Assembly (NCBI GenBank): GCA_008690995.1
Contig: VRMN01000003.1
Span: forward strand, 682,001-746,000
Length of the DNA stretch: 64,000 nt
Reading direction: 5' to 3'
Origin: Porphyridium purpureum
Lineage: Eukaryota
The translations under genes and the position numbers were made by a program. The notes beneath the pieces are model-generated. The model searched no databases, was not told where the DNA came from, and was given only the letters and a program-made list of their open reading frames with translations. This document shows, piece after piece, positions 20,957 through 32,040 of this stretch (its first letter is position 1; each line of letters opens with the position of its first letter).

Positions 20957-21931
20957 CTAGCTGACGCGGGAAATAAATGCGTCCAAGTCTAAAAGTTCGA
21001 TAATTGGAGAGTACCTTTCGGCCTTGATGTGAGAGTCATACACGTTGTACCCCCATACCGCAAAATGTAGCGACAGGCGATGCATCATACCCACTGTCAA
21101 GAACAATTCCATGGTCTCCAGGAGCGCCTCCAGCCTGTCTTCAATAAAGTGGATGTACATTTGAGGATGCCGCCGCGCAATGTTTGCCACTACTTCCGCC
21201 TTGGGGCCGGATCCCAATCCGAAAATATTTTTCTCCTCAATATTAGTGATGCCAAAGCTCTGCAGAAGCTCATGCACAAAGCGGCTATGTTTTGTGGTGC
21301 AAATGTACACCGGAGATGGTGCCGTCAGAAGCGCAGGTTTGACTCCAGGGTAAAGTCGATTCCTCGCTAGCCACGAAAGGCGGTCGCGCTTTATCCATTC
21401 GTCGCGCGTAAATGCAAATTCATCAGAGAGGGCTTGCGTATCGCACTTCCATCTGATTACAAGCGTTTCCTTCAAAAATGCCCAGTTGTAGATAATTTCT
21501 TTGGGACGCAAGGCGTGAGTTCCCTTCGTGGACGTCTCCGACACACGCTGCTCTTCCCACAGAAGGCGGATGAGGAGCACGTTTTCGTAGCCGTGCTCCA
21601 CGACGCACCTCAGCTCCTCCATTCTGCGCATCATCCAAGCTGGAGGCTCGTCGCCCAGCAGCCGTGGCACGTCCAGCACTTCTGGCCACACTCGCCGCGC
21701 GGTTCTGAACGCCGCAATCGTGGACTCCTCCACGCTGTCGCAGATGACGCCGTCAAAGTCCAGCACCCATACCTGCCCTTCATATACCTTCATGGCGCGC
21801 CGAGTCCGAGCCAATGCCCACCACTCGCACCAATCCCTTGGTTCCCCTGGCGTGTGGCGCCGCCGCACCGCATCGAGCAGTTCAGCGTCAACAAACTGTA
21901 CCGCGTGCAACTCAAGGAATGGACATTGCAT
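20957..21931 (-). CDS. HAD-superfamily hydrolase (cyanobacterial/plant type)
   Basis: Motif I VLDFDGVICDS, LYPGV, ICTTK, GPKAEV, FIEDRLE, VWGYN. Confidence 0.85.
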   Translation of the reverse strand: MQCPFLELHAVQFVDAELLDAVRRRHTPGEPRDWCEWWALARTRRAMKVYEGQVWVLDFDGVICDSVEESTIAAFRTARRVWPEVLDVPRLLGDEPPAWMMRRMEELRCVVEHGYENVLLIRLLWEEQRVSETSTKGTHALRPKEIIYNWAFLKETLVIRWKCDTQALSDEFAFTRDEWIKRDRLSWLARNRLYPGVKPALLTAPSPVYICTTKHSRFVHELLQSFGITNIEEKNIFGLGSGPKAEVVANIARRHPQMYIHFIEDRLEALLETMELFLTVGMMHRLSLHFAVWGYNVYDSHIKAERYSPIIELLDLDAFISRVS

Positions 21932-22023
21932 TGCAATGACTCAGCGGGTACAGACTTGCCCCGTGCAGCGACGCCTGGGGAAGTCCTTGCCACGGGGACA
22001 AAACGGTTAGGACGACCGGCAGC

Positions 22024-25000
22024 ATGGTGATGTCTTCCGTTCCCGCGGCATTCCATCCGCAGACCGCGTGTGCCAATGGGATCTCTGTCAAGCATCAGTG
22101 CCCTCCGAGGCGTAAACACCCCCAGCCTCGAGGCCGCGCGAGCTGCGCTGAGCACGCACGAGGTCTCTTCTCGAACGCTGGCTTGAAGTGCTCGCGGCGG
22201 GCTCGCTGCGCCATGATCGCTTCACCCGGATCATCATCGCTGTGGCTTGGTGGTCTTCGGAAAAGAACTTTTGATCACGAATGCTTTCCACGGGCTCCTG
22301 GCAGGGCGAGGCCACGGCACGCGGCGGAACACGATTTCGAAGTGATTGACCAGGCCGATGTATACGACGCTTTGCGCCAAGTGGCGGGAACACCACATGC
22401 CGCTGATATTCTGCGTGACTGCTGGCGGCGAGGTGACTCAGACGCGCGCCACATTTACAGCGTATTTCCTTTCGAGCTCGACGAGTTTCAGAAACTCGCC
22501 ATCAAATATCTCACGGAGGCCAAGAGTCTCGTGGTATCTGCTCCAACTGGCTCGGGCAAAACGGTAGTGGGCGAAGGAGCGATTTGGCTGGCACTTGCAA
22601 GCGGAATGCGCGTCTTCTACACGACGCCACTCAAGGCTCTTTCAAACCAGAAGTTTTTTGATTTTCAGGCGCAGTACGGAGAAGATCGGGTCGGTCTGTT
22701 GACAGGAGATACCACTGTGAATCGTGAAGCGCAAGTCATAGTGATGACAACAGAAATCTACAGAAATATGCTGTATGCAGCAGAGAGCGGCGATATGGTT
22801 GGCGGTATCCAGGGCGCCATGGGCGTCGTAGACGACGTGTTTGCAGTGGTGTTCGATGAGTTCCACTACATGAATGATAAGGAGCGTGGCACTGTTTGGG
22901 AAGAGTCTGTGATTATTAGCCCGCCACATATACTCTTGGTTGCCCTCTCGGCCACCATATCCAACACGATGGAAGTGAAGGATTGGTTTGCACAAGTGCA
23001 TGGACCAACCGAGCTGATTGTCTCAGATTTTCGCCCCGTACCGCTCAACTTTGGGTTTGCGAGGCGTCGCGGTCTTGACCCGTTGTTTGAGAAGGGGGAA
23101 AAAGATGGCGGTGGTAGACTTCGCGGGAGCGGTGGTCTCAGAAGCAGACCGTTACTCCATTCGCGGTTAATGGATGACCCACAGATTGCGAGCATTATGT
23201 CATCCGACCTGAAGATGCTGGACAAGGCCAGCAAATTGCGCGTCAATGAGCGCGGTCGTCGATCAAGTGGTGGAGGACGCGGAAGCCGGGGAAGCTTCAC
23301 TGATGTCATCCAAAATTTAGACATCATTCTAGGCGGGGATATCCCTGGTGTTCGTCGCACGAATTATGCCGAAGTACCGTCCATTCCGTACGTCGTTCGT
23401 GCCCTTCAACGCAAGGACTTGCTTCCGGCTATCGTATTCATCTTCAGCCGCGATGGATGCGATCGTGCGGCGATGGAGGTGCTCACAGAAAATGACTTGC
23501 TAATCACCCCATCTGAACAGCGCGTTTTGCGCGACCGTGTCGATGAATTCTTGAATGTGCATCCAAGCCTGGTCAACGAAGACCGGATCACGCTCGCGCG
23601 GGCCGGCATCGCGTCCCACCATGCGGGAATGCTTCCGATCTGGAAATCGTTTGTGGAGAGGCTCTTTCAGGAGGGGCTCATCAAGGTCGTCTTTGCAACC
23701 GAAACGCTTGCTGCGGGAATCAATATGCCTGCGCGCACCACAGTAATTTCATCCATGTCCAAGCGAGCGGGTGACGCAGGACATGTACTCTTGACCACAT
23801 CGCAAGTCTTGCAAATGGCAGGGCGTGCGGGCCGACGCGGGAAAGACGTGATTGGCCACTCCATCTTTGTCCGCACGGCGTTTGAAGGTCCCCTTCATGC
23901 GTACTACTTGCTGACGAAGGGAGTCGATGCAATTCAGTCTACATTCACGCCATCGTACGGCATGGTGCTGAACCTCTTGAAGAGACGCACCCTTGAAGAA
24001 TCACGGCGATTGTTGGAGAAGTCCTTTGGCCATTTTCTGGCCAGCACAGCAAGCAGTGAAAAAACCAAAAAGCAGTTGAAGAGACAGCGCATTTTGGAGA
24101 CTTTTAGGAAGGCGAAGGAGCTGTTGCAGACCGTGTCGTCATCAAATCTGGTGCGCTACCAAAAGAAGCGCGAACAGCTCAAGGCTGAGATTCGCAACCT
24201 TGAGTATATGAAGAGCGGACTCGAGAAAGTTCGTCAGCTCGACATTGAACGAGATCTTCCGTTCGCACCGAGAGGAAGCCTTCTTCGACTCGAGAGTTTG
24301 CCATCGAGGCCTCGCCTTCCGTCGAAACAGAGCCGCACGGAAGCTCTGGATTATTATGTAGACGTTGAGGATCTGGAGCTTGAAGCAGCTCTAGAGCACG
24401 GACTGGGCCAAAGCGAGCGGCGTTCCTGTGTTTCAGGCATCTTTCTTGGACCTTATCCACGTCAGATTGCCCAAGTTCCTTACTTTGCGGTTATTGGCGG
24501 TGATGGTAATTTTCATTTTGTCACCGCACAGCACGTGACCTTCATCAATCCAAACGTGGATGATGCCGTCTCCAGCATCTTCTTTGAGAACGGAGGAGCG
24601 CTTGCTAATTTTCCTGATCCTTCCGTGTGGAGCCGAGCTGGGCGAAAACGATTCCGGGCGGAAGGGACGCCTACTGCTAAAGAGCTTGCACAGCACATAC
24701 ACTCTGTCGATGCCGAAGCGGAATATGGGAAGACGGACTATGATATGAAATTGGCGATCGAAGATCAGGCCGAGCGTGTCGGACGCTTGCTTGCAGAGCT
24801 TCGCGGAATGTCGGAAGTGCATGATCGCCCCGATCGACTGGAACTCATCAAGGCCGGCCGTGCGTACGCCGCGTTGTACGACAAATACGGGATGGCAGCG
24901 GAAGCTGAAGCAAATGGTTCAAATGAGGGGTCATGGCGGGATTTCATGAGCGTGGTATCTGTATTGCAGGAATTTGGATATCTGGATGATCAGTTTAAAG

Positions 25001-25794
25001 TAACGCGGCTGGGGCATCTCGGAGCAGCAGTCCGAGCAGAAAACGAAGTCTGGATGAGTACGGTGTTGACTGCGGAAGAAATTCAAGCTCTCCAACCACA
25101 GCAGCTGGCCGCCGTGATAGCGGCAGTTGTTGTGGACTCAAGAATTCGTCCCGATGTCTTTGTTGATTTCGAACTGTCAGAAGATGTCGACCAGGCGTGC
25201 AATAGCTTGCTGTATTTGAACGACCGAATTATGCTGAGCCAAGAGGATCGCGGACTTGGGTTTTCCGCCGGCGTCGACAAACTGGAAGCGGCATTGGCAG
25301 AGAATTGGGCGATGGGCATGTCATGGGTCGAGTTCATGTCGAGGACCTCTTTGCAAGAGGGCGACGTGTGTCGCAAGCTGCGACGAACCATGGACGCCTT
25401 GCGGCAGATCCCGCATCTGCCAATCGTTAGTGAATCACTTCGTGTGGCAGCCCGTCGAGCGCTGACCCTCATGGACCGCTTTCCAGTTTCAGACGAGGTG
25501 ACATACAAGGTCGATGACCAGGACAAGGCGCGCGGGGAGACTCCAGAGTCGTTGCGCGCGTCGCTCCGCAGAAACAGGACGGACGTGGGAAACGTCGATG
25601 GCGATACCGAGGTGGACGTGGTCGAAGAAGATGCTTTTGGTACCTATAACGACGAAGATGCAATGGTGGTAGGCCAGGATAATTTCTTTGATTCGGCCAG
25701 TGGCGATGAAGACGACAATGGAGATATCGATGACTCTGACGAGAACCAGAGCGAAAGTGGATTTAGTATGGACCAAGACACCTTATTCGGATAA
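22024..25794 (+). CDS. Ski2-like DExH RNA helicase, ISE2/HelY type, probably plastid-targeted
   Basis: FPFELDEFQ, APTGSGKT, YTTPLKALSNQK, DEFH, SAT, ATETLAAGINMPA, QMAGRAGRRG, C-terminal DSHCT-like QEGDVCR; basic N-terminal extension. Confidence 0.92.
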   Translation: MVMSSVPAAFHPQTACANGISVKHQCPPRRKHPQPRGRASCAEHARGLFSNAGLKCSRRARCAMIASPGSSSLWLGGLRKRTFDHECFPRAPGRARPRHAAEHDFEVIDQADVYDALRQVAGTPHAADILRDCWRRGDSDARHIYSVFPFELDEFQKLAIKYLTEAKSLVVSAPTGSGKTVVGEGAIWLALASGMRVFYTTPLKALSNQKFFDFQAQYGEDRVGLLTGDTTVNREAQVIVMTTEIYRNMLYAAESGDMVGGIQGAMGVVDDVFAVVFDEFHYMNDKERGTVWEESVIISPPHILLVALSATISNTMEVKDWFAQVHGPTELIVSDFRPVPLNFGFARRRGLDPLFEKGEKDGGGRLRGSGGLRSRPLLHSRLMDDPQIASIMSSDLKMLDKASKLRVNERGRRSSGGGRGSRGSFTDVIQNLDIILGGDIPGVRRTNYAEVPSIPYVVRALQRKDLLPAIVFIFSRDGCDRAAMEVLTENDLLITPSEQRVLRDRVDEFLNVHPSLVNEDRITLARAGIASHHAGMLPIWKSFVERLFQEGLIKVVFATETLAAGINMPARTTVISSMSKRAGDAGHVLLTTSQVLQMAGRAGRRGKDVIGHSIFVRTAFEGPLHAYYLLTKGVDAIQSTFTPSYGMVLNLLKRRTLEESRRLLEKSFGHFLASTASSEKTKKQLKRQRILETFRKAKELLQTVSSSNLVRYQKKREQLKAEIRNLEYMKSGLEKVRQLDIERDLPFAPRGSLLRLESLPSRPRLPSKQSRTEALDYYVDVEDLELEAALEHGLGQSERRSCVSGIFLGPYPRQIAQVPYFAVIGGDGNFHFVTAQHVTFINPNVDDAVSSIFFENGGALANFPDPSVWSRAGRKRFRAEGTPTAKELAQHIHSVDAEAEYGKTDYDMKLAIEDQAERVGRLLAELRGMSEVHDRPDRLELIKAGRAYAALYDKYGMAAEAEANGSNEGSWRDFMSVVSVLQEFGYLDDQFKVTRLGHLGAAVRAENEVWMSTVLTAEEIQALQPQQLAAVIAAVVVDSRIRPDVFVDFELSEDVDQACNSLLYLNDRIMLSQEDRGLGFSAGVDKLEAALAENWAMGMSWVEFMSRTSLQEGDVCRKLRRTMDALRQIPHLPIVSESLRVAARRALTLMDRFPVSDEVTYKVDDQDKARGETPESLRASLRRNRTDVGNVDGDTEVDVVEEDAFGTYNDEDAMVVGQDNFFDSASGDEDDNGDIDDSDENQSESGFSMDQDTLFG

Positions 25795-25847
25795 CGGACC
25801 CTGCTCGCATATCTTCATTTGCAGAGAAAAGTGACCTCTCTTCCGCT

Positions 25848-26801
25848 TCATTTCTGATCTGCGTAAAGGCGGGCTCCAAATATAGTGCTTCCGACGCGGA
25901 CATTGGTGGAATGCATGCGAATGGCCCTTTCAAAATCGTTGCTCATCCCCATCGAAAGCTCGAGGGGTTCTTTCGTCAAATCCAGTTGCAGAGCAGACGC
26001 CACTTGCTGTCTAACATTGAGTAGATCCGAGAAGGCTTGCGGCTGCTCAGAGTCATCCGGTTTTCCTATTGTCATCAACCCTGCCAATTTCAGATGCGGA
26101 CAGTTTTCACGAACATGAGCGCAGAGAGCTGGCGCTTCTGTCGGTGCACAGCCGCTCTTTGAGTCTTCTCCGCTGACATTGACCTGAACAAATACTTTCA
26201 GCAGCTCGTGGCGACCGACGTCAGCACAAGCCTTCTCGAGCGCGTTTGCCACCTTTTCACGATCGACGGTCTCAACAACGCACAGATTCGGCGCAGCCAC
26301 CAGCTTCTTTGCCTTGTTTGTCTGTAAAGCTCCAATAAAATGCCACGAAATATCAGCATATTCAGGGCCAGCTTTGCTCACGAACTCCGCCTTGTCACAC
26401 AGTTCATTCACGTAGTTTTCGCCGAAGTCGCGATGCCCCGCGCGATACACGGCCTGAATCATGGACACGTGTTTCGTCTTACCCACGGCCACGAGCCGGA
26501 CGCTGCGCGAGTCGGCACATGCCTCCACCGCGCGCTTGACTCTTGAATAATTCGTAACGACATCCGCGAGCTCTTGCTCACTGGGCACGCCTGCCGTCGT
26601 CTCCGGATCCGACATCGGCTGTGAATGGACAGAACAGATTCCTGTCAGACGGCGTTCCCTGTTTACCCAGACCGGCGGAGTACTCGCACACGCAAACGCC
26701 GGTGCCGCGCCGCTCAATGGACGGCACAAAGCAGACGAGCGGACGAACGCGAGGGCCAGCCGAATTGCCATGCAAGACTTCTCTTCTCGTGTAGTCATCA
26801 A
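25848..26801 (-). CDS. PLPBP: PLP homeostasis protein (YggS/PROSC family) with N-terminal targeting-like extension
   Basis: LVAVGKTK, FGENYVNEL, WHFIGALQTNKAK, GLMTIG, ELSMGMSNDFERAI, VRVGSTIFGAR. Confidence 0.93.
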   Translation of the reverse strand: MMTTREEKSCMAIRLALAFVRSSALCRPLSGAAPAFACASTPPVWVNRERRLTGICSVHSQPMSDPETTAGVPSEQELADVVTNYSRVKRAVEACADSRSVRLVAVGKTKHVSMIQAVYRAGHRDFGENYVNELCDKAEFVSKAGPEYADISWHFIGALQTNKAKKLVAAPNLCVVETVDREKVANALEKACADVGRHELLKVFVQVNVSGEDSKSGCAPTEAPALCAHVRENCPHLKLAGLMTIGKPDDSEQPQAFSDLLNVRQQVASALQLDLTKEPLELSMGMSNDFERAIRMHSTNVRVGSTIFGARLYADQK

Positions 26802-26856
26802 TCTTCTTCAAGCTTTCATCTATGGTTTATTCTTTCTACAGGCGAACTGGGTTTGC

Positions 26857-27504
26857 TTACTTGGCAGGCCCACAGCCGAGGGATTCACGCGTGGATTCGC
26901 CCGTGGACGGATTTTCACCCTTAAGCGTTGGGTTCTTGCACAGAGCGCGCTGTCCGAAGAGACCAATGTACGCGTCAGAAAAGTCAGTGTTCTCGAGAAT
27001 GGCGTTCTCAAAGGAGGAGTCGCTCAGAACGGTGTTGTGAAAAACAGCACCTGTCAGATCGCTGTTATCAAACATGACGCGATCCACGACACCGTTGCTA
27101 AAGTTGGCACCGCGGAAGGAGGCGCGATTGGCATACGTCTTGCTCATCACCACATCTTCGAGATTGGCGCCATCAAGCTTGGCACTCTCGAGGAATGCAC
27201 CAGAAATATCAAAGCCATGGAGATCTGCCTTTGTCAGGTCGCACTCACGCAAATCAAGCAGCGTATCGCGCGCCGCGTTCGCGGCGCCCATCGCCGAGGA
27301 GGTCGGATTGCATCGCTTCTTGTCGGCATAGTTGATCGGAGGCATCTTTGGGGGCGGCAGGGCGTGCACGTCCTGGGCATTCAAAGTACTCAAAAAGACA
27401 GCGACGGCGGCACCAACAGCGACCGCCGCACGCTTTGAGCTCACTGCCGCGTGAGCTGTTTGGCGCTCATTGCGCGCGAGCGAGGGAGCTGCTTGGAACG
27501 CCAT
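26857..27504 (-). CDS. Thylakoid lumen pentapeptide-repeat protein (TL17-like)
   Basis: MAF transit start, hydrophobic lumenal signal ending VHA, pentapeptide repeats, LDLRECD, VVMSKTYA, paired Cys at both ends. Confidence 0.88.
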   Translation of the reverse strand: MAFQAAPSLARNERQTAHAAVSSKRAAVAVGAAVAVFLSTLNAQDVHALPPPKMPPINYADKKRCNPTSSAMGAANAARDTLLDLRECDLTKADLHGFDISGAFLESAKLDGANLEDVVMSKTYANRASFRGANFSNGVVDRVMFDNSDLTGAVFHNTVLSDSSFENAILENTDFSDAYIGLFGQRALCKNPTLKGENPSTGESTRESLGCGPAK

Positions 27505-27836
27505 CGCTTCAGTCCAGAAGTCCGCAGCGCACTTGTCCAGAGTATTCGACGAAGAGGACAGCCGGGCGCACGGGCTTGTCTCCAACTTTACTCACACCCA
27601 CACCCAGCCGTCAACCCCCCTGCCCCAACTTCACCAATCACGCACCCCTTCATCTGCCACCGTGCCACCTTCCACCGCGCCCCGAACCGTATCCGAGGCT
27701 GTACCTCCGTCCCGCCCGGAAACTGAACCCGAGCTCAGCGAGCAACTGTACTATTTCGAATTACGCAAGATGCGTCCAACGCGCGGTTTACGGGCGGACG
27801 TGCCGGCGTTCTTCTGCGGGCGTGGAGTTGCCGCGA

Positions 27837-30416
27837 ATGGACATGAATCTGCCGTGCTCCGTACCTGTGCGCCCTCCTGCGCAACAGTCTGCCGTTTCTT
27901 TGACCCCCGAACGTTCCTGGGTCTTCAAAGAGCTCAGGCTGAGCTATGACTTGGTCACGCATGCCCTGAGCGACGTCCAGTGCGTTCTGCTGGCCGAGGC
28001 CCCGCACCTCGTCAAGTCCGAACGACCGCGTCGCGGAGGACAGGAAAATGAAGATTCGTGGACAGACATGGGCAGTCCGTTGAGCCAGACACAAGAGGCT
28101 TCGAGTGGGCCTGAAGGTGGCAGCCAGAGCAGGGCTCGTAGTTCTCGTAGCCCGCCTGCGAACGAAGGAGTGAGTTACGGCAAGCTGGCGGTCGAAGTTG
28201 AAGCTCTGGCCTGCAGTGCGAGCATGGTGCAGGAGCTGTGTGAATATATCATGACTCAATCGCCGAGACTGTATGTGGGATTGCAGTACCCTGTATTTGA
28301 ACCAGCTGAAGCGCCGCAGAACGGATTCGAGTCTGTGCTTTCGATTTTGACGAAAATCTACCATGAAGTGGCCACCATTTTGGAATCCGGGCGGCCGAGC
28401 GAAGAAGTAGACGGTGATCCAAAATCTTTGCTTACTACAACTGCCAAGACAAATGGGAAGAATAGCCCGCAGGTTCGATGGATAAGGGGACTCAGTGAAA
28501 ATGCGTTGATTGAGCGCCTGCGGGGTCGGCATTCGCAAATCCGTGCGTATTATGCTGTACTTCACCTGGCCAAGCTCGTACTGGCAGAGCTCGTTGCGCA
28601 AGTCGAAGAGCGGAATCAGAGCGGTGCCGCGGAAGACAACGCGGGGGCCCCTCTTCTACCATTCATCCCGCATGCGCTCAAACCGCATTTCAATGCGCGA
28701 CATTGGAAGGAAGCGGTGAATATGGACGCATTCTTCGGCAAATATTTTGGTTTTCAGTATCGATCGGACACAAGGGAGGTTCTACGGGCAACACTGGTAG
28801 CTCGCTCGGCCGTCGAGAAGGCCTATGAGACAGCGCCCAACCATGAGCTGTCACGCACGATAGCCATGATGGGCTACGGGTGGCTCTTTTCGAACCTCAC
28901 CATGCTGGACCAACTGGGTCTCAGTATTGAATCAGTGAATCAAATTGGACGCCCGAAGAGCGACATTGACACGCTTGAGTACGCCCGAACGCTGTGGAAC
29001 CTACCAGAGCTTGCCCCAATGAGTGCTGCGTCGGATTTACTAGGGTCTGATGTGGCCGTAGACAAAGTTGTGAACATTCCCGTCCAAGCATTTGCTGTTA
29101 TGCGGAACTGCACCATGTCACGCGCTGTTGCAGACAATCGAGTTTCAGGAAGGCCTGATATCAACCAAAAGAACGAATCATCACAAGATACCCAGACAAT
29201 GAGATTGAGCGTAGGTGGCGATAGCAGCATCTTATCTGAAAATGAGAAGGAATTAGGGAGCAGCCCCATTTTTAACAGGGACGGAGAGAAGTGCGTTGAT
29301 GATCCATCACGGTCAGTCTCGTCGCAGCCGGAAATAATGAAAATTGAGTTTGTGAAAGGGCGCATTTTGAGCGGAATGTGGCGCCGCTTTGAGCTCTTTC
29401 CTTCGAACGCGAGCCCGCCCCCGCCCGTCATATCTGATACGGTCAATGAGCGCTCGAGCTTCGCGTGGTCCGATGCTTCTGCTTCTCATTTCAGTAAGAA
29501 CGATGGAATCAGTCCAGCCGAGGCAATCGACAGTCAAGCGGAGAAGTTCGTCGAAACCAGCCCGTCGAAACCCTGGCTTCTTCAGGAATTGAATGCACAA
29601 CTCGAATCCCTCTCGGTGCAGGTCGACAACTTTCTTCGGCCCGGAAGTAATACGCGCGCGTCCGGCCTCATTATTTATTTCCATGGCGGCGGCTTTATTT
29701 CGCAAAGCTCTGTGAGCCACTCTACATATCTTCGAGAGTGGGCGGTTCAATTGGAAGATGCCGTAATCCTTGCTCTTGACTACAGATTGGCCCCGGAGTA
29801 CAAGTACCCTGTGGCCGTGAAGGAAGGTGTTTTTGCGTTCGAATGGGCTGTTGCACACCCCGAGAGTCTGGGCTCCTTGGCGCGTAAAGTCATCATTGCT
29901 GGTGACTCGGCGGGTGGCAATCTCGCTTTGTCTGTGACGTACGAGTTGATGCAACGATCAACACGTGGTCCAGATGGAATTGTCCTTGCATATCCGGCAC
30001 TTTATCTGAGTCCGGCGTGGTCCGCAAGTCGTTTGCTCTCCTTTTTCGACCCCTTACTCCCGACAGCGAGTCTCGAGCTTTGTCTGAGAAGCTACGTTCC
30101 AGCTGATATGAATGGCGGGAGCAATTACTTTCTCTCACCTTGTCTGGCGCCCGACGAAGTTCTTGCTCAGTTGCCCCCTGTTGTGGCCATGTGTGGCTCG
30201 CTGGATCCGCTCTTTGACGATTTAGCATATTTTGCGGCCCGACTTCAACGCGTCGCCCAGATGGGTTCCCCAAACCGTAACCGCGACTTTTTTTATGTTG
30301 CAAACGCAATGCCGCACGGTTTCTTAAATATGTGCCTCATCGACGCAGAGTCACGTGCGCTTCGCCGCATTTTAGGCGAGCAAATACGCAAGCTTCTAGA
30401 AAGCAATATCTGCTGA
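27837..30416 (+). CDS. Hormone-sensitive-lipase family alpha/beta hydrolase
   Basis: HGGGF oxyanion motif, LDYRLAPE, GDSAGGNL, DPLFDD, PHGFLN; FFGKYFGFQY resembles the HSL N-terminal domain. First ATG at 27837. Confidence 0.88.
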   Translation: MDMNLPCSVPVRPPAQQSAVSLTPERSWVFKELRLSYDLVTHALSDVQCVLLAEAPHLVKSERPRRGGQENEDSWTDMGSPLSQTQEASSGPEGGSQSRARSSRSPPANEGVSYGKLAVEVEALACSASMVQELCEYIMTQSPRLYVGLQYPVFEPAEAPQNGFESVLSILTKIYHEVATILESGRPSEEVDGDPKSLLTTTAKTNGKNSPQVRWIRGLSENALIERLRGRHSQIRAYYAVLHLAKLVLAELVAQVEERNQSGAAEDNAGAPLLPFIPHALKPHFNARHWKEAVNMDAFFGKYFGFQYRSDTREVLRATLVARSAVEKAYETAPNHELSRTIAMMGYGWLFSNLTMLDQLGLSIESVNQIGRPKSDIDTLEYARTLWNLPELAPMSAASDLLGSDVAVDKVVNIPVQAFAVMRNCTMSRAVADNRVSGRPDINQKNESSQDTQTMRLSVGGDSSILSENEKELGSSPIFNRDGEKCVDDPSRSVSSQPEIMKIEFVKGRILSGMWRRFELFPSNASPPPPVISDTVNERSSFAWSDASASHFSKNDGISPAEAIDSQAEKFVETSPSKPWLLQELNAQLESLSVQVDNFLRPGSNTRASGLIIYFHGGGFISQSSVSHSTYLREWAVQLEDAVILALDYRLAPEYKYPVAVKEGVFAFEWAVAHPESLGSLARKVIIAGDSAGGNLALSVTYELMQRSTRGPDGIVLAYPALYLSPAWSASRLLSFFDPLLPTASLELCLRSYVPADMNGGSNYFLSPCLAPDEVLAQLPPVVAMCGSLDPLFDDLAYFAARLQRVAQMGSPNRNRDFFYVANAMPHGFLNMCLIDAESRALRRILGEQIRKLLESNIC

Positions 30417-31509
30417 AACAGTCATACAATGTCTGGAAAGAGGGAGCAGGCGCTTCTGCTCGTGTGTCGAGCTGAGCGTCACCGACGAAACGTCAAAATT
30501 TGCCCGGTCCGAACGTCGAATTCGGCGGTTTTCTGAGACTTTAAATACATGGTTACACCGGATGGGTGAGGCCCTAACGCTGGAGACCGAAATCCCCAGC
30601 GCTTCATGATTTCGCAACCGGATGTTCTTTGCACCTTTTAACTACTCGATTGACGCTGCCGCAACCCTTGGCCTCCGCCCATTTCTCACATCATCCGTCG
30701 CGCGAGCCGGCGCATGGCTCTACAAGTAGACAAGAAGCCATTGAAAGGCCGCACGATCTATCTAGAAGACACCAACGTTGCCCGCGCTTGATGGCGTGAG
30801 GCATCCATGTTCCATGTCACTCCAGAAGCTCGTGCCGCTGTGCGCGTCTGCTTCCAATTCCACCTGCGCCGCTGGCGGCACGCCTCGAGCGTCCTGCTTC
30901 GTGTATTGTGGACGTGCTGTTATGATTCCCGTTTCTGCATAACACGATTTTTGATTTACCGTGTTGGTTGGTAGCACAATCGCCAGTCAAGTTTGTAAAT
31001 CGAGCTCACCCATTGACCTTGCGTACAAGATGTCGCGGTATGACCCTGCTCCAATGGACCTCAGTCGAGTGCGAAGCACTCGAGTGCAGGCTAGCTGCGG
31101 TGTGCCAGAGCGCATCCCGGTGCCCACCGTATGTCACCAGACAGAAAGAGTCTGTGAGCACCTTGAAAATGCACAAATCACGATGCCACCCAAGCAGGCC
31201 CGGACCGTACGTTCCAAAGTTTTGCTGATAAAATGATCAAATTTTGCCCAAAAAAATTGGACGGAGGTTCGGTGGAAACGGGTTTAGCAAGAGACCGAAG
31301 CGAAGAGGGACGGGGCAGAGGTCTAGCCATTGCTTAGCCACAGACAATCAGAATTGCTCCCGGTTTCCTTGCATGTGTGTGCATCACACATCTGCACAGT
31401 CGAAGGTGCATTTTCGCGTAGACGCGTACAATGTAGCCAGTACGGGCTGTTCCAAACTCTTCCAAGCCACAGAGGAGACATCTTTGAGCTCCAGCACCGT
31501 CGGATACTG

Positions 31510-32040
31510 TCATGCATCCTTATCAACATAGCACGCTAGTATCCTTGGCAAGGTCTTGTTCATATCATGTGTTGGGGAGTAAACCGGCCAGTCTAGAAGC
31601 TCCACGTTCTCATAATTCACAGCAATCTTCAGCCGGCGACTAGATTGCACAGGTGCTTTGTCGTACTGAGAAAGTATGGTAGGTTCCAGCATTTGACGAC
31701 AATGTTTCAACATACCGTCATCCCGAAGCATGGAAACATATTTGGCAGCCGTGAAGGTCCTCTCCTTAGAATAAAGGTAAATGTTTCCTTTCGCAGAAAA
31801 TACACCCCAAATTCTTCATCCACAGCGGCCAGAATCTCCCAGCCAAAGGTCTGGAACATTCTCTGCACGTTCAAGTGCCTTTTTGTTGAAACGATCTGGC
31901 CCATGCATGTTAAACTTCTTCTCGTCAATACATTCACAGGTGACCCGACTCGCTTTTTTTGCGTATGTGGAACCTGAACCAAGCACGCTTTTTGAGCTCC
32001 AAATTGAGTGTCAGAGGAGGGCAAGCTGGATTTTTCTCGC
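31510..32040 (-). mobile_element. Degenerate Tc1/mariner (Tc3-like) transposase remnant
   Basis: Manual translation gives DEKKFNMHGPD (31926-31894), IWGVFSAKG, QYDKAPV and LLDWPVYSP in one frame, with a TGA at 31816-31818. These match the SDEKKFNLDGPD / VWGAF / QDNA / LDWPARSPDLNPIE blocks. Confidence 0.85.

Noticed and set aside
27348..27836. 5' extension of the lipase ORF
   Set aside because: Non-ATG start overlapping the divergent TL17-like gene and its promoter.
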